Positions 39,140-53,862 of a DNA stretch of 64,000 nucleotides are shown one piece after another. A program made the translations under genes and the position numbers. Numbering within the stretch: the stretch's first letter is position 1; each line of letters starts with the position of its first letter. Under the pieces are notes generated by a model. It was not told where the DNA came from, did no database searches, and saw only the letters and a program-made list of their open reading frames with translations. Source of the stretch: Trichoplax adhaerens. Its lineage: Eukaryota; Animalia; Placozoa. Where the stretch lies: NCBI RefSeq assembly GCF_000150275.1, contig NW_002060958.1:479701-543700 (forward strand), read 5' to 3'.

Positions 39140-42100
39140 ATGGATTTAACATCATCGTCTCAATCTTCCACGGAGGCCATCACCATGGTTCCTATCGGTT
39201 GGAAGCGTATTCGAGATAATAATACAATCTACTATGTCAGGTAAAATGATGCAACTATTGGCTCAACTCGATCGGTCAATTATCTTTCTCCATAGTCATC
39301 ATGCTAGAAAATACATCAGTGGAACAAGCATGTTGTTAGGCATCATTCTAATTCGACACTACTTGAAAACTGCTGCACTTTCTACCTATCAGTCTATCAC
39401 TTTCAATACAATACAATCAATATACACGTCCTTATCATGTTAAGTTCATGCTGAAAGTGGGACGTTTTCAAAGTACATTTAGTATTGATATTGGCGATCT
39501 GTATTGATCGTTGTCCTTTCATCTTTTTCCACATGGTACAGTAAGTAGTAATGGAGTAATTTATCTCCTTGAACAGTAGCATGAAGACACTATCTCTCGT
39601 ACAACTTGACTAGCCTTTATTGGCTAGCCAAATTGAAGTTGTAATCCAACCATCATTTGATATTTTTCTTTTTTGTTCATAGTGTGTGCTAGTCTTTGTT
39701 TCATGTTCTTTCAAAAGAATAATTCACATTTGAAAGCTATATTGAATCAACGTTTTCATATTATTTCATCGTATTATAGCCCAACTAAGGATAAACTTTG
39801 GAACATGTCCGATGTTATCAAATATGTCACTTCAGACGGGACTTGTAAATGTAACTTACAATGCCCACTATTCCTAGATCGAGTATTCACATTTAGCCTT
39901 GATGTTAAGCAAATGGAACCACCATTTGAAAAAAGCAAAAGCAAACTATGTACTTGTCCTATTATTCGGCGTGGTAGACCAAGAAAATATGAATTAAAAG
40001 AAGGTATGAATGTCTAATGACGCTTACTGAATAGCAGCATTACAGTGATACGATCGATCAATCTACCAGCCAGTAATCAACATCACCTTTCTACTGTATT
40101 TGAAGCAGCTTGATGCGGCTGCTTTAGCAACATATTGAATAATCATCCATTCTAATCATGTTAATATTTATCCTGTATACAGTAGCTGAATTGCAGCTTT
40201 CAAATATCAACTACTCTTGAGTTCAAGAGTAAATTTTAAATTTTGATCGAGTATATACTGTATTGTAGAGTCAAGGAGTTCTAGGATAATCCAGTACTGT
40301 CTACAGTATAAGATTAAATCGAAACTTTCTGCCATAACATCATATCGACTTAACACTACTATATTTGGATAATAACTATATGTAGAGTTCATTGAAATTG
40401 AATTGGATTTCATCAAGTTATTGCTTGTTTTATCATATTAGGAATGAAAGTCAACTACAAAAAGAAAAAGTCTTACATTAGTCAAACTGATATAAAGCCA
40501 GTGGCTGACGGCGATTGCAACACCAATAGAAGTGATTCGAATTTAAAAAGTATTCTGGAAGACAAGACACAAGATAATAAAAGAGTCAAGAAGAAAGGAA
40601 CCCTCAATGTTGAGCCTTTGATCAAAAGTGAACCCAATTTTCATGATAAAACTAGTACTGAAGGAGATAAAATAACCAGCGACAAGGGTAACAATAACAA
40701 GCGGGGCAAAAATAACACCAATAAAAATCTACCGAAACAGGACGATACAATCAATCAAATAGACAACTATCAATCCTTTGGAAAGATTTCTTCTATCGAA
40801 AGTGACGTTTCTTCAGGCAATAAAGGAAAAAGGAAACTCAAAGTGGTAAACACTTCAAATACATCCGCTGACAACACTCGTACTCCACAGAAACGGAAAG
40901 AGAAAAGATCTGCCAATAAAGCTGGAAATGGCGATACGATGGCTCTGTCTGTGGAAGATATCAATGACGACAGTCTATTCGATTTAGGCAAAAAATCAAA
41001 GGCGAAAAAATCAAGGAAAAGACTTTCTTCTATGGATATTGAAGATGTTTCATTAAGCGATGTCATGAATATACCCTTAAAACAGATTCCTACAACGCCT
41101 ATTAGTACCGATAATCGACCACCTAGCCCATCTTTTGATTACAATACGCATTTAATCATGCCTACTCCGGCTGCTAAAGTCGCTGTAGCATCAAATCAAG
41201 TTACCCCAAGAACTCCCACTATGGTCAACTATACTAATAATTACTTTACAGCCAACTCATCTACTGGATACGATGTTGGTACTCATCAGCCTGTTCAACT
41301 TGGAGGTATTCAACGATCACCATCATCAAACTTATTACCTACACAATTAAATAATCATTCTTATTCTTCACCGTCAAGTAATAACTGCCAAATTGGAGAA
41401 TGTATCGAAGCTTACCGAAATACTACTGCGCCAACTACGCCAATCGAATCTCATAATTCGTATGAGGTGATGCAACCAACAACTTTAACAAAGCAACAGT
41501 TAAATGTACCCCATTGTACAGCAAATATACCTGCAAATAGAGCTATACAGGGTACTATGGGAAATATGAATAACATGGATCAACAACAGCAACAAAATTA
41601 TATGATGCTTGATCAATCAAATCATCCAAATAGAATATTGACACCTCCAGATCTTAATTATGTTGGTATAGAAAACGAAGCTGAAAATAATCCGGCTGAT
41701 ATGTTCATGAGTGGTGTGAATACGATGGATAGTTCGACGGTAAATTCTATGAACTTAACTCCTCAGCCGCAATCTCCTACAGGCAATATGTATTCTTCAG
41801 GTAATAATACATGCCAAAATTATTACATTAACTCCGCACAACCTCAACACAGCCAAAATCCTGCTGCAGATGGTTTATTAAGTAGTGATGTGGCGAATAT
41901 GCAAAAGCAATTATCTTCTGATGATTGCCATTACTATAGTATGTCACCCTCTGGTTCATCTTATAATTATTCATCGCCAACAACTCCACGAATGATACCC
42001 GTAACAAGTGTCATGGCAGGCAATCCGATGAATTCCAACACCGTTACTATGTCAAACAATTTGGATAATCAACTTGAATCAACTTGCCCACAAAATCAAC

Positions 42101-42720
42101 AAATTCCACAAGTAATGCATTCTTATGGAAATAACCTCTCAAGAAGCAATTCAGCAGTAATGATCCAAGGCCATTCGCAGCTTGTTCGTCAACACAGTAC
42201 TGGACAGACTGCACAGGCTGGAATGTCAGATTATTGCCTTAACAATAACAACAATAATAATCGCTACAATATGCAAGTCAATTCTACTGCGTACATGAAT
42301 AATTCGGGACCAATCTGTACGTCTGGCAGTAATCAATCTCCAGTAACTGGTTATAATCAATCCAATCTTCAAATGAATTCACAATCTCAACATTTAATTT
42401 ACAATGACATGTCTTCTAATCCTCAAATCATGCAACAGCATGATGGGTCATTAAATTATCCTACATCCAATATGCAATTATCGACAAATATGAACATTGA
42501 TAATCAAAATGATAGTATAAATATGATGTCCAACATGCCGATTTTAGAACCTCATTCCGTTGGTATGCGTACTGATATTCCATCTCAATCAGTAAAGCAA
42601 TCGAATGTAGTTATGGAACAGCAGCAACAAAACACTCAAAATAATCGCCAATATGTCGGCGTACCTTCAACATTACTGGATGGGCAACCAGGCCAGATTA
42701 GCCAATTTGATATGTGCTAA
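39140..42720 (+). CDS. MBD5: MBD5/MBD6-like protein: atypical MBD, AT-hook, long N/Q/S-rich disordered tail
   Basis: Exons 39140-39240, 39780-40003 and 40442-42720 join in frame. VPIGWKRIRDNNTIYYVS|PTKDKLWNMSDVIKYVTSDGTCKCNLQCPLFLDRVFTFS matches the MBD5/6 signature (VPxGW..YVSP..DGTCKCGLECPL..VFNF). RRGRPRK follows. Confidence 0.88.
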
Positions 42721-44235
42721 TCAAGAATATCCCTGTATAATTGATATTGTATATCCGATATCTAATTTTCGTCAATTGTGTAAATTTGACTCCTTAATAA
42801 TAGCATCGATGATGATTTTGTGATAGAAATAGATAAAATAAAATAGGATGCTTCCTGAATTCTATCTTATAAATATTGTTTCAGCCTAACATTAATATTC
42901 AGTCTATTAATTCATTAAACCCGATATTTACTATTTCAAGGTGTTCTTTGAACTATAATTGTATTTATAACACCGAAAATTGCGTTAAAATTGGCATATA
43001 ATATAATTAATCCTTCGTATTTTAATCATCAACAATGTCGAATATTATTAAGTCATACCATGATTGTTGTATGCATTACACTTCGGCTGTGCTACACGTT
43101 ATATAAAGTTATGTACTGTCATAACATACAGACCGTAGAAGATTGTCTCTCAAGGTAATCATAAGTCCGCTAATAAGTCATGATGGATTCTACAAGGTAG
43201 ATTTAATGCCTCTCTTACGGATTTATCTTGCGAATTGTTTATATTCGTAGAATCATGAATAGAAATACAGTTTTGCATCGGATACATATAATAGTTAGTA
43301 TTTCACCAAATTGATAAGTTATTCAATCGTTAAGGTATAGCATAACCTTATACGCTCGTATATAACTATATAATACTGATTATAAAATTAATTATTATGA
43401 AATATTATTGTTATGTTATTAATATATTACAGATACTGTTAAGGCCGTGATAAAAAAATATTACCGTGTAAATTATCTTGGTTAATTGGCAATAAGTGAT
43501 CCAAAATTTAAATGGAAGTACAATACTTATGGAATAATGCCCCGTTGCACCCATGAACTGTAGTGAATTATATGCATTATCTTGTATAATATGGATTATA
43601 ATTGCAATGATTTAATCTAACCGAAATTTCAATCTGCAACATATGTATGATACTCTGTTGATTCCGTACTTTGTAGCAATGCTCTACGCTTATGTATTGC
43701 TGTAATCTTAATTTATTGATATTGCCAACCTACAGTATCTATTGTAGGAGCATACCATCAACACTTTTCTATTTAAAAAGGTAAAAGTATTTACTTTTTG
43801 CTTGCTAGCTTGTTCTAAGACCATTATATATTATCTTGTGAATTACATTATTTACAGTAATTTTAAGTAATGAATTGCTGTTATAAGTAGCATTTTGGAT
43901 TGTTGCATAGCGCGTTAATGCGCAATAAAAGCCATGTAATAGTACACCGATAAATAGTTAAGTATCCACAGATATCAGATTCCTTACTTGCTAGCTTGTA
44001 AAAAATGGATAATAAATATGTATAACCTCGTATGCTTCACAAAGTTACCTAAAATAGCATATTCTAATGCCATCAGGCTTTTCATAACATACGCTAGTCT
44101 GATAATTATAATTGTTCGATGATAATAAATACACTTACAATGCCATTCAATCAACGTACATATTGGTATCTGCTTAATTTATCACAAGTATATCAATTTT
44201 AATCTATTATAAATTTTTAATTGCATTCGATGACA

Positions 44236-45750
44236 TTACACAGTAATTACTGGATTAACTTTTCGAAGAGTTTTAGGGATTAGGCACGCATGCATCATTA
44301 TGCATAAGTAGCAGATTACTGAAAATAAAGCAATTAACATTAAGTATTGGGTAAGCAACAAACTGAATCTAATTCTCAACAAATCGAGACTTTCTATTTT
44401 AACATTAAAGAGTAATGCACGTTAGTTTACCAGGTTTTAAGTAGATGGGCCAAATATCAGTTAGCAAACAGAATATCAGCGGTGCAAATATTGCCATCGC
44501 TGCAACATTTTCATCAACCAATTTCCAGTCTGTTTGAATCGTTTTTGCAAAACAGATGTCAACAAGGAAAAGAAATTTCTAAAGCATGCAACTTACTAGT
44601 TGTCTAAGATACTTCAAGCCTAATCATCTACAGGAGTCATGCATGACTTGGTAGTGCTTAATCAAGACACCAGCGCATTATTTCAATGTATAAATAGTAA
44701 AATTATAAATATGTACGCGTATATGTGGCAATGCAATTAAGGAGGTCTAGAATTGAAATCTAAACTTACGTACTAGCAGTAAGTAATCATAGCATGACTT
44801 TATTGCGTTTGCTACGCTACAAAGTGTAACCTATAGTATAGTCTTCGGGATTTTACTATACGACCTGCTTACAATTCATACGAAGTAAAAAGTATGACCA
44901 ATTCTGTTCACTGGATCGAAAGCTTACAATTGGTAAGTGATAAACTTACTGCCAGATTTAAATTAGATATCGTATGCTTTGTGACTAGCTAAGATCCGAT
45001 GAGGCTGTTAATACTTTACAGTAATATATCATTCAAAGATGAGAACAGATTAGTATTCAAAATTTCTCTAAGGCAAGCTATCTCTGGCATTGGCTATCTA
45101 ACATTACAATTACTCAATCGTCCTCGTCAAGAAAGTGCAAACGGGCACCTACCTGGTGATACTGAGACGAATTGGAATAAGCACAGCAAGATCATTAAGC
45201 ATCCGATAATCGTAGCCACTGCAATACTTGAAAATGGGATTACTAGTAGCTTTCTCTCCAACAGCCTATATGAGACAAAGGTTTAAATCATTCATCTCAG
45301 CATCTCATAGCATACGTCAACAATTTGGCTAGCCTGACTCTCGTAATCTTAACTCTAGCCAATTAGCCTTCATTGTTACTCCACTACACTATACAAGCCA
45401 TATTTGAAGTAATGATACGTAACCATGCAGGAAATTGCATTGCATGGACGACATATCGATCAAAACTGTTAACATCAATACAGCGTACTAGAGTACTACA
45501 ATTCAATCAACAGCAGTAACCTGGGAAACATTTCCATCATTCCACCAGCCATTGCTAAACTGAGCATAATATAAATATAACGGTAGCGGGTAATATTGGC
45601 TATCACACGATATTTGTAGATTCTATCCATGAAATGGTTTCTTTCTTTCTTGTAATGCTGCTCATGTAGTGTTTCTGAATAGGAAATTTTCTCTTGTAGC
45701 AATCTTTGGTACGTAATGTTGTTCATCGTGGGCAATTTGGTAGCCTCCAT
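44236..45750 (-). CDS. Uncharacterised ~200-aa multipass membrane protein, 5 coding exons (weak resemblance to TMEM128)
   Basis: Exons 45521-45750, 45153-45265, 44882-44910, 44431-44578 and 44236-44318 total 603 nt, are phase-compatible with GT-AG ends, and give ~4 hydrophobic segments. Confidence 0.5.
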
Positions 45751-48633
45751 CCTATTTCCATTTGGAAAGTAAATCCTTCGACAGTGATGCTATATATGAA
45801 TTCAATAATCCTTCCACAATGTTTACGTCGGTGTTGACAATGCAGGAGAATGAAATACTGTATGGTAAATAAGTCATAGCAGCGCAATAAATTGGACTAC
45901 TCGGATCAGAGCCAAGCGCCATACTGAAACAAGACACGTTAGGCTGTAGGCAACATCAGTATAGAAGAGTCGCATAATAATGGCTACTTGGTCTTCCTGA
46001 TCTATTTTCTATTGACGGTAACTTCCATAGTCAATGCCGGCGATTGTGGTCATTGCTGCTCAATTCAAAGCTTTTAGAGTGGAACGCAGTTAAAACTGGG
46101 AGATAAGATGTTATAACTACTGCTAAATTAAAACAGTTCATTTCCGATCGACGAGATTTTGCAGAACAGGCAATGAAAGTGATCACTATTGAGCTCCATA
46201 GCAACTGTACTATGGCTGTAGACAAGAAAGGGTCCAGCGCAGCAGAGTTTGCTTTAACACATATGACAGTGTATATTAGCTCTGCTACTGTATGACCAAC
46301 TTGCGCTACTGCACTGTAACTGCCAAGGAATGGTGTAGAACTAATTTCCAAAATGTCCAGCACTCACTCCAAATTGGCATTGGAAAAAATCGTAGTATTT
46401 TTTCCATCGGCCTAATCCATTTATGGCAACATTCCATGTTCATTTCTTTCCTTGTATCTTGTTGTATAATGGACTGAGCTTGAGTATAGCGGTAAAGTAA
46501 GATCTCCGCTGCGCTAATGCGTCCACCAAGATACTCGTATACTGTGCTAATAAAACGAATCTTGCTCGATTGATCTTACAGTTCCGGTTCTGAAATGCGA
46601 TGGTGCGGTGATGCCTAATTTAGTTTTTAGACCAAAATTTTGGATAAGTCACGTTGATGAGGGTCTATGGATGACTACATATTAACTCAAAGCTTTAGAA
46701 AACTGTAGAACTACTACTTGTTTATGGGTCCTGTGGCTGTTCTGTATAGTTGGCGTAGTAATACAAAGGTAGAGACCGCTAATAGTTAACATTGAAGTTA
46801 TGAAATTACCCACACACAATGCTCCATGCTCAACTTACGGATTAAGCCGTAAATTTCTAGGGACTACGGGTATTCATAAGCGATTCAGGAATCATAGATA
46901 ATTATTAAAAAGAAAAAATTACCTATTTTAATTACAATTCTCAGAGACTCCTCCAAAAATAATAGTAGTTTCGATTCATCGTTAGGCATACAATATAAGC
47001 GTACTGTAGGCGCAATTTAGAAGGCTGTTTAGCTCAAGATTGGCTTACGTCGATCCTTTCCTATCAAATCTTTTATGCACCAAGAAAATACTGTAAGTGT
47101 TATATGATCAGTTTACCTCATCTTTTTCACTGAAAACATGTTGGCCATTAATATTTCCTACATTATGGCAGTAACTGCACTGTATAAATATTATGTTACC
47201 AGCCCTTGTTGAAATCTGAGCCACTCATTAATTAAATGCTCATTTTTCAATTACAATGGTTGATATTGGTATGGTAATCATATAACATTAAATGTGTAGC
47301 AGATGTACTTAGGGCAACATACTTGCACTGATATAGTCCTACTCCTACCTGCACTGTTATAGTATGTGTGCTACAGACCACGTATACAATCGAAAAGTCC
47401 CGGATCATATATACGAGTACATAATCTTCACCCCAAAGTTTTAACATCAGAATCGAGATTATTATCACATCGATTGACTAGCAAATAATTGCTCTTGATA
47501 GTTCACCTAAATGCACTGCATTACCGAAATGGAAGATTATCTGCAAGTTTCGAAAGTATTCATACTGCAGGTGCGTTTACAGTTTGAATCATCTCAATGA
47601 GGTGGTTTTATGTTCTACGGTATCCAGATCGGTACAACAAGCTACTAACGTAATGATGTAACTAATCGTAAATAATAACCGTAACACTCTATACAGTACC
47701 GACATACGAATTATACGCAACTACCAATTGAGCAAGCATTAGTTACTTACTGTTGGCAAAGCTACGGATGGTCTATGAGGATTACCCTAGAAGTGGAACA
47801 CATAACGACTACATGCTAAACTGCTGACAGCATACTGATTTATTGATACAAATAAAAGTGTACAATACCAAAAAATATTATACAAACTTTAGCAATGCTA
47901 TTTATATGGTCATATATTAGTCGTTAACATTCCGACACAGTCTTTACTGATACGAAATAATCATCATTAAAACTTTTAGCAGTAGTACGAACACAGCCAT
48001 TAAATCAATTTGAATGTAGATAAAATCAAGAACCATGCTATAACTTAAAAGATTTACAATAATAAGCTTTATAAAAAATGTATAGAAGACACTTATACCA
48101 ATTTTTGCAACAAAATATACAGTAAAGAATAAAATATTATATAGCATGATATTATACAAAGATACCATTTATGTTATTGATATGGTACAAAACCAATTTT
48201 ATACAATTGTCAAAAATTTAGCAAAAGTACGCGAATCCTAACTATAGTAACATCGAAGCTAATAATTATAATTTGTGACTGTACATTAACTTATCCTAGT
48301 TTCAATGCCTACTGAGTAGATCCACGACGATACTCGACAATAACATTACCAACCATTAATTATTAATACAAAAAAATTGCAAAATTTCAATATATAGTAT
48401 ATTATATTAGCTCAATGAACTAAATGTCAAAATTGTACAGAATGCACTAATGCGGTTTATGTATAAGAAATGTCTATAAAAAGTTGTGGATGTCTATCGT
48501 CACACGATAGCCACTAAAATGAAGATCTCAGAGGAAGCTTCATAATATGGAAGTAATCAATCACTTATTAACTCTTAACAACGACATGATAGCCTTATAT
48601 TATAATTAATTGTTGAAATTATAAACCAAGTAT

Positions 48634-51600
48634 CTAGCTATCGAGAAAATCTCCAATACTGGCGCTTACAGAGTTAGAATCAATGGATACTTTTCGCTTT
48701 ATACCGCGGCTAGGATTACTGGAGGGCATCCATTTTTCTTTCAGTTGCTTTGCAGATGGGACGAACAATGGAGAAGAAAGATCTTTCAGAGGTTTATCCA
48801 AGTCTGCTAAAGATTCATGCGAAGTCATGTCAAACTCTGACTTGACATATTCGAGATTATCTGCGGATGTATCCATTTTTTCAATTTGTGGATTGTCAAA
48901 ACTGTCATTAATACCATTTTGACACGGGGACGGCATAGAGCTCGAAACATAGGTATCTAGGCTGTCATACTTTACAGCAGCACTATCAACTAATTTAAAA
49001 AGTGTCTTCGGTGAAGTGTTATCACCTTTTAATCTTTTGTTATCTAACATTTGAGACCAATCTGATAACAACTTCTCGGGACCAGTTACTGCTTCAATAC
49101 TGAATGAACTGTGAAATATAAATTCATGCATTACGTCGGCGAAATCATTTCCTTATGAAAGGAATAAAATTCTAACCTAATAGTCTTTTTCTCATTACTG
49201 TCATCATCAATTACTGGATAGCTTATCAAATCCGCGGAAAGATTAACATCAATCACATCTAGCCAGAGGCTGTAAAAATGAAAGTATTTCGTCAGCTTTA
49301 AAATCGAAATACAAAATGTGCTCATCTCTGCTTTGAATTTCTAACACCTTTATCAAAAGCTGCTTACCGTCCACATCGGCCGACCCGTTTACGACCTTTA
49401 CCCTGTAGTCTACCCTCTAAGATTGATATATCACTATAACGTGAATTAAGTTCGTTTTCTTCAGGCTCTAACCATTTACTCCAGTCTAACAGATCATATT
49501 CGCCATTGCTTGCCTAATAAATGAATACTAATGTAACAAACAGAAGATGATAAAAGTGTTTTACAAAACAGTCAATTAACCTTATGATATGTGCCGTTTT
49601 CCAGCCTTCTGAATTGATACGGCTCTTCGTGTAATTCGTCTTCAGCTGTAGAAGATGCCGGTGAGACCTGATAGCATGCATCGTAGAAATAAAATAAACA
49701 TAAAATAACAAATAGGTAAATACATACGAAACCCTACACAAATTTTAATGAAATTAAATTACATCTACTTCACGAACAGGTGACTGTGGCCTTGTTTGTT
49801 CTGCAGCCTGTTCAGTGCTAGCATCAACACGGTGACGCATATGCTCCCCTTCTTTGACTAGCGCCGAAACTTTATTTGAATGTTTCTCTTTTCGCCTATA
49901 ACAACAAACGCTAATTAAATTGGCGATATGATAACTAAAAAGTTGCTATCAGGCTATTTCCAATATGCACTTTTACGTACTTTGTCCTGGCTTTCGATGT
50001 ATGAGTCGATTTCAGTTCTCCCTGTAAAGAACATGACTGTTATAGCTATGCCGTCTAAAACACGAGTAATAAAAAGGAATATCACTAAATAAAAATGTAC
50101 ATACATTGATTGGCTGGATTAAATCTTTCCAATTATCATTTTCGCCACTCTTCGCTGACAGCAAAGATTCCTCGTTCTTTCCATATGATCCAGCAGTCTT
50201 TACTTGCATATGTTGGTTACGCTTAATCAGAGCTTGCTCTTCCAGCTGGCGATAAATTTGACCAGAATAGTCATCTAACTTATACCTGTTTCAATTGAGT
50301 AAGACAACGAGACTGTTAACATACATATTAATCCTGATTTAACAAAAGACTCGTTACCTTGTTTCAAAAACACTTCGGTTAACATCTAAAATATTACGTT
50401 TATACTTTTCCCTATCAGCCACGCAATCCAATATACGCCTAACGATATAGTAAAAGTAGCGAATATTAAAGAAAAGTGGTTAACAAGTAACATCGAATAC
50501 TTTAGTTGAAGCTAAAATTCTACAGTATTCAACAATAACAGCACAATGCATCTCCCTTACGCCACGTTCTCTAGGTCTCTCTTTAGTTTGAACATTTTTT
50601 CATATGAAGATTCATCATTTTTACGATTCTGTATATATGCACGTTTAGCAATGAGATAATATTGTAACATGATGTAAAATGAGAATTTTAGTAGATTATA
50701 TAGCATTTGCTGATAATAACCTTGCGAGTTTGCATCTTTTCGGTTCGACGTCGGAAAGCAACATAAGGATTGTTTGGGGATGATCCATCTCTCTTCTCTG
50801 TCAACACTCGATACAGTATCTCCCCAGCCTATAGATATTCCATTGTAAAAATTGCCGTATTTAATTCATGCAATTTTCGAAAAACGAAACTGACGCCGCA
50901 TTGTGCTTACCACTTTTTTTCTTTTCTTTAGCCAATAATCGTACAATACTTGTAAAACACTCTCGCTGACAAATTTAATGAGTGCTTTGGCTCCATTAAA
51001 AGTAACAATCTAATGAATAACATTAAGAATTAGAATATCATCAAAAAATCAATTGCAATTGGTAAAGCGTTGAAAAATAAAGTAAGAAATTGTTAGGAAG
51101 GATCTGCGTAACATGCCTGATTTCCAGTTGCTTTTTCTAGCTGCTCCATAACACGTTCAAATGATTCAGGTTCAAGTTGCTGCAAAATTAAACAGTGAAA
51201 ATGTTAAAGGAATGACAACTTTCAAGAAATGGAGATTAGCCAATAATTTGAATGGAAATTTACATCATCCTTGGGCAAACTTTTAAGAAATTCTTCGTCA
51301 TCTGAATCCATATCATAATCGGGAACTTCGCTATCATCTAGAATATCGATTACTGTACCAAAACAGATGATCTATTGTCAGTCATTCGATTTTTAAGCAC
51401 CCAGCAATATCGGAAGATCAAATCCATGGTGAGATAGATCAATACGTACCTTGAAAGTGGATGTACTGCTTAGGTAATTGTCGTTCTGTAGTGTAGAACA
51501 TGCCGCTTTGCTTGTAAGATACCTGAGATTGCGGCGTCGGAATTATAAGCTGTTGCTTGTCGCCAAAAACTTGTTGAGCGGATATCGCTCTTTGTAGATG

Positions 51601-53862
51601 GTGTTCCTACATTAATAAATAAATGAAACTTTGCGATTTAAATGCCTATTCGCTACTCTAAATGTAATGCAATATTAATATATCATACATAACGGCGGCT
51701 ATATATCAGCATTAACTGTCAATACAATTTACTTCTATCGCAATACTACTAGCTGATTACTGAGAGCATCTAAGGATGTTACTTTTGAAAATAAATTTCT
51801 GTATTGAAACAAATTCAATACAGCCATGGTTAAATTTCTTACTAGAGAGCAATCATATCATCATTCCCTTTATCAGGGCACCCAATGCAGGGGAGTGTCC
51901 TATTGACTGCGAATATTTATTGATGTATTCAGCGAAACTTAGCTCAACAGAACGTAATCACCAATACTTTCCAACATATTTGAATTGCAATAACGGAGAC
52001 CGACAGCCGACAGGCAATTATACAGCATTTGCATTTGTGGGCCAATAATTATAGTCAATAAATATAGTCTAAACGGACTCATAGTCATCACTTGTGAGCA
52101 TGGACAACTCAATTAATCAATGCGTTAGGGCTAGAAGAGAATAAGAAAAGACGACTTAACTAAGCAATCTTTTCTCATCAAAATTGATCTACAAACCCTA
52201 CTCATTTAGACTTCAGTCAGTGATCGAAAAATTTCAGCCTCGAAGCTACTCTACATATGCTATCAGTGCATGTCTACTTGCTACTTTTGCTTTGCATTAC
52301 TGTACGTACAGTATTTTGTCACGCGTATCATGCCTAACACGATACAATATAAGGTCGATTAGAATCACGTAAGATCGGTACTGTATAAATGCGAAGTGAG
52401 TTACAAAAATTTACAGCTCGAACCGCTCTGGAACTAAGCACAGGCATTGCTGCAATCCCTGCCTCACATTGATTCCTATCGCGAGTTTCTACAGCTACAC
52501 TACCTCCCATAGCTGCATACTGCGTCGTTTAAGCATGGCAGGACGCTTAGAGTACACTAAATGTAGAATATGTATACGCGCATAGGATTTCTTTCTTCTC
52601 CACTTAGTACGATCGAAATCATTGCATCCATTGCAAAAGTCGAGTTGCTGTAGTTCTTTGCAAAAGTGAAATAAACTTGAAATAACTGTACTGTTTTTAC
52701 GACACCCAATATGCCCTTCCCCCTAATGTCTATCGGATGACGAAAGAAATCCATGTAGAACTTGGATTTTCATCGAATTGTCTCTCGCTACGTCGACTAC
52801 CCCTTTGCATATACATGTAGTTGGAAGTAGTCATTCGTGAATACCTCACCTCAGCTCTCTTTTTAGACACTCTTGTTTATTCATTAAGCGTTAACTGAAA
52901 TTGCTGATTGCCCTATTGGCACTCACTTGTTACTTATGGTACAATGATTGTTCCCTGTTGGTTCTCTATGGCAAACCACATGGATCGAAGGGTAAGCGTT
53001 GTCGCTTGTATACTATACAGTACAGTAGCTTACTGAGCTCGGTGTACTAGGCCCATTGCCGCCTTTCACCACCGGCAATGGAAAACGCACCATTTCGGTA
53101 GCGTGCAACCTAGTCATGAATTACTGTGCATTCTACTGTACACATCGATGTTCCTTAGTGCAGTAGCTCATCAAAGTTGAAAATGGAACCAACATCGATG
53201 AGATCGAAATCTGCTTTTAAAGCCAACAGCAGCAGTGATTAACTTGCAAGTGCTCGCTGCTAAGCTCTATTCCAGCGCGATGCCATACTATACTGTAGAT
53301 CAAGTACTGTAGAGTACAGTATGTACTGTAGGATAAGCCAGTAGTGGCATGGACTCATGCCTGGCCTGTACCAGTACCGTACTGGTACTGTACTAGTACC
53401 GTAAATTACCATGGTCACATTTACCCTGACTCTCCATCAGCTTCTTCATCAACTGTACTGTAAGTAGTGTACTGCATGGTACATGGTTTTTAGAATTAGG
53501 CATTAGCAAAATTGACTTGAAGACTTGAGCTAGACTACACTAACGTAAAGTATGGTATGATACAGTATACTAGCGTCATCGTCCAGTAAATCCAGAAAAT
53601 GCCAGCAACACAATTTATCCTATACTAGCCTAGTTGAGAAATGAATTCCATTTTGGGAAGTTTTTTTCCCCCAATTTCTACAGTGAAGTAAAAAAGATTA
53701 TCTACTTACCGATTCTTCCTCTTTCTCCATGCCCGTAGGCATTTGAGGTACAGCACGATTGATTGCTGCACATTCTGATAAGTCAGTTAAATCTTCTGCT
53801 CGATAAATGGGTAAACTTTTATGAACATCTAAACTACGTGCGCGAAATGACAATTTATTCAT
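48634..53862 (-). CDS. EPC1: Enhancer of Polycomb homologue (NuA4/TIP60 subunit), multi-exon
   Basis: Exon 53710-53862 MNKLSFRARSLDVHKSLPIYRAEDLTDLSECAAINRAVPQMPTGMEKEEES; exon ~51450-51606 EHHLQRAISAQQVFGD; later VPDYDMDSDDEEF, YDYWLKKRK and NPYVAFRRRTEKMQTRK. The terminal exon ends at TAG 48634. Probably co-orthologous to EPC1 and EPC2. Confidence 0.95.
53280..53480. repeat. CAGTA/TACTG array in the first coding intron of EPC
   Basis: Repeated TACTGTA/CAGTA units, including a perfect 10-bp-arm palindrome GTACCAGTAC-C-GTACTGGTAC at 53368-53388. Confidence 0.7.

Noticed and set aside
46900-47520. Exon-like minus-strand segments (e.g. RLYCMPNDESKLLLFLEESLRIVIKI, CSYCHNVGNINGQHVFSEKDE)
   Set aside because: Splice phases could not be reconciled into one frame; they may be UTR exons or chance. 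RNA-seq is needed.
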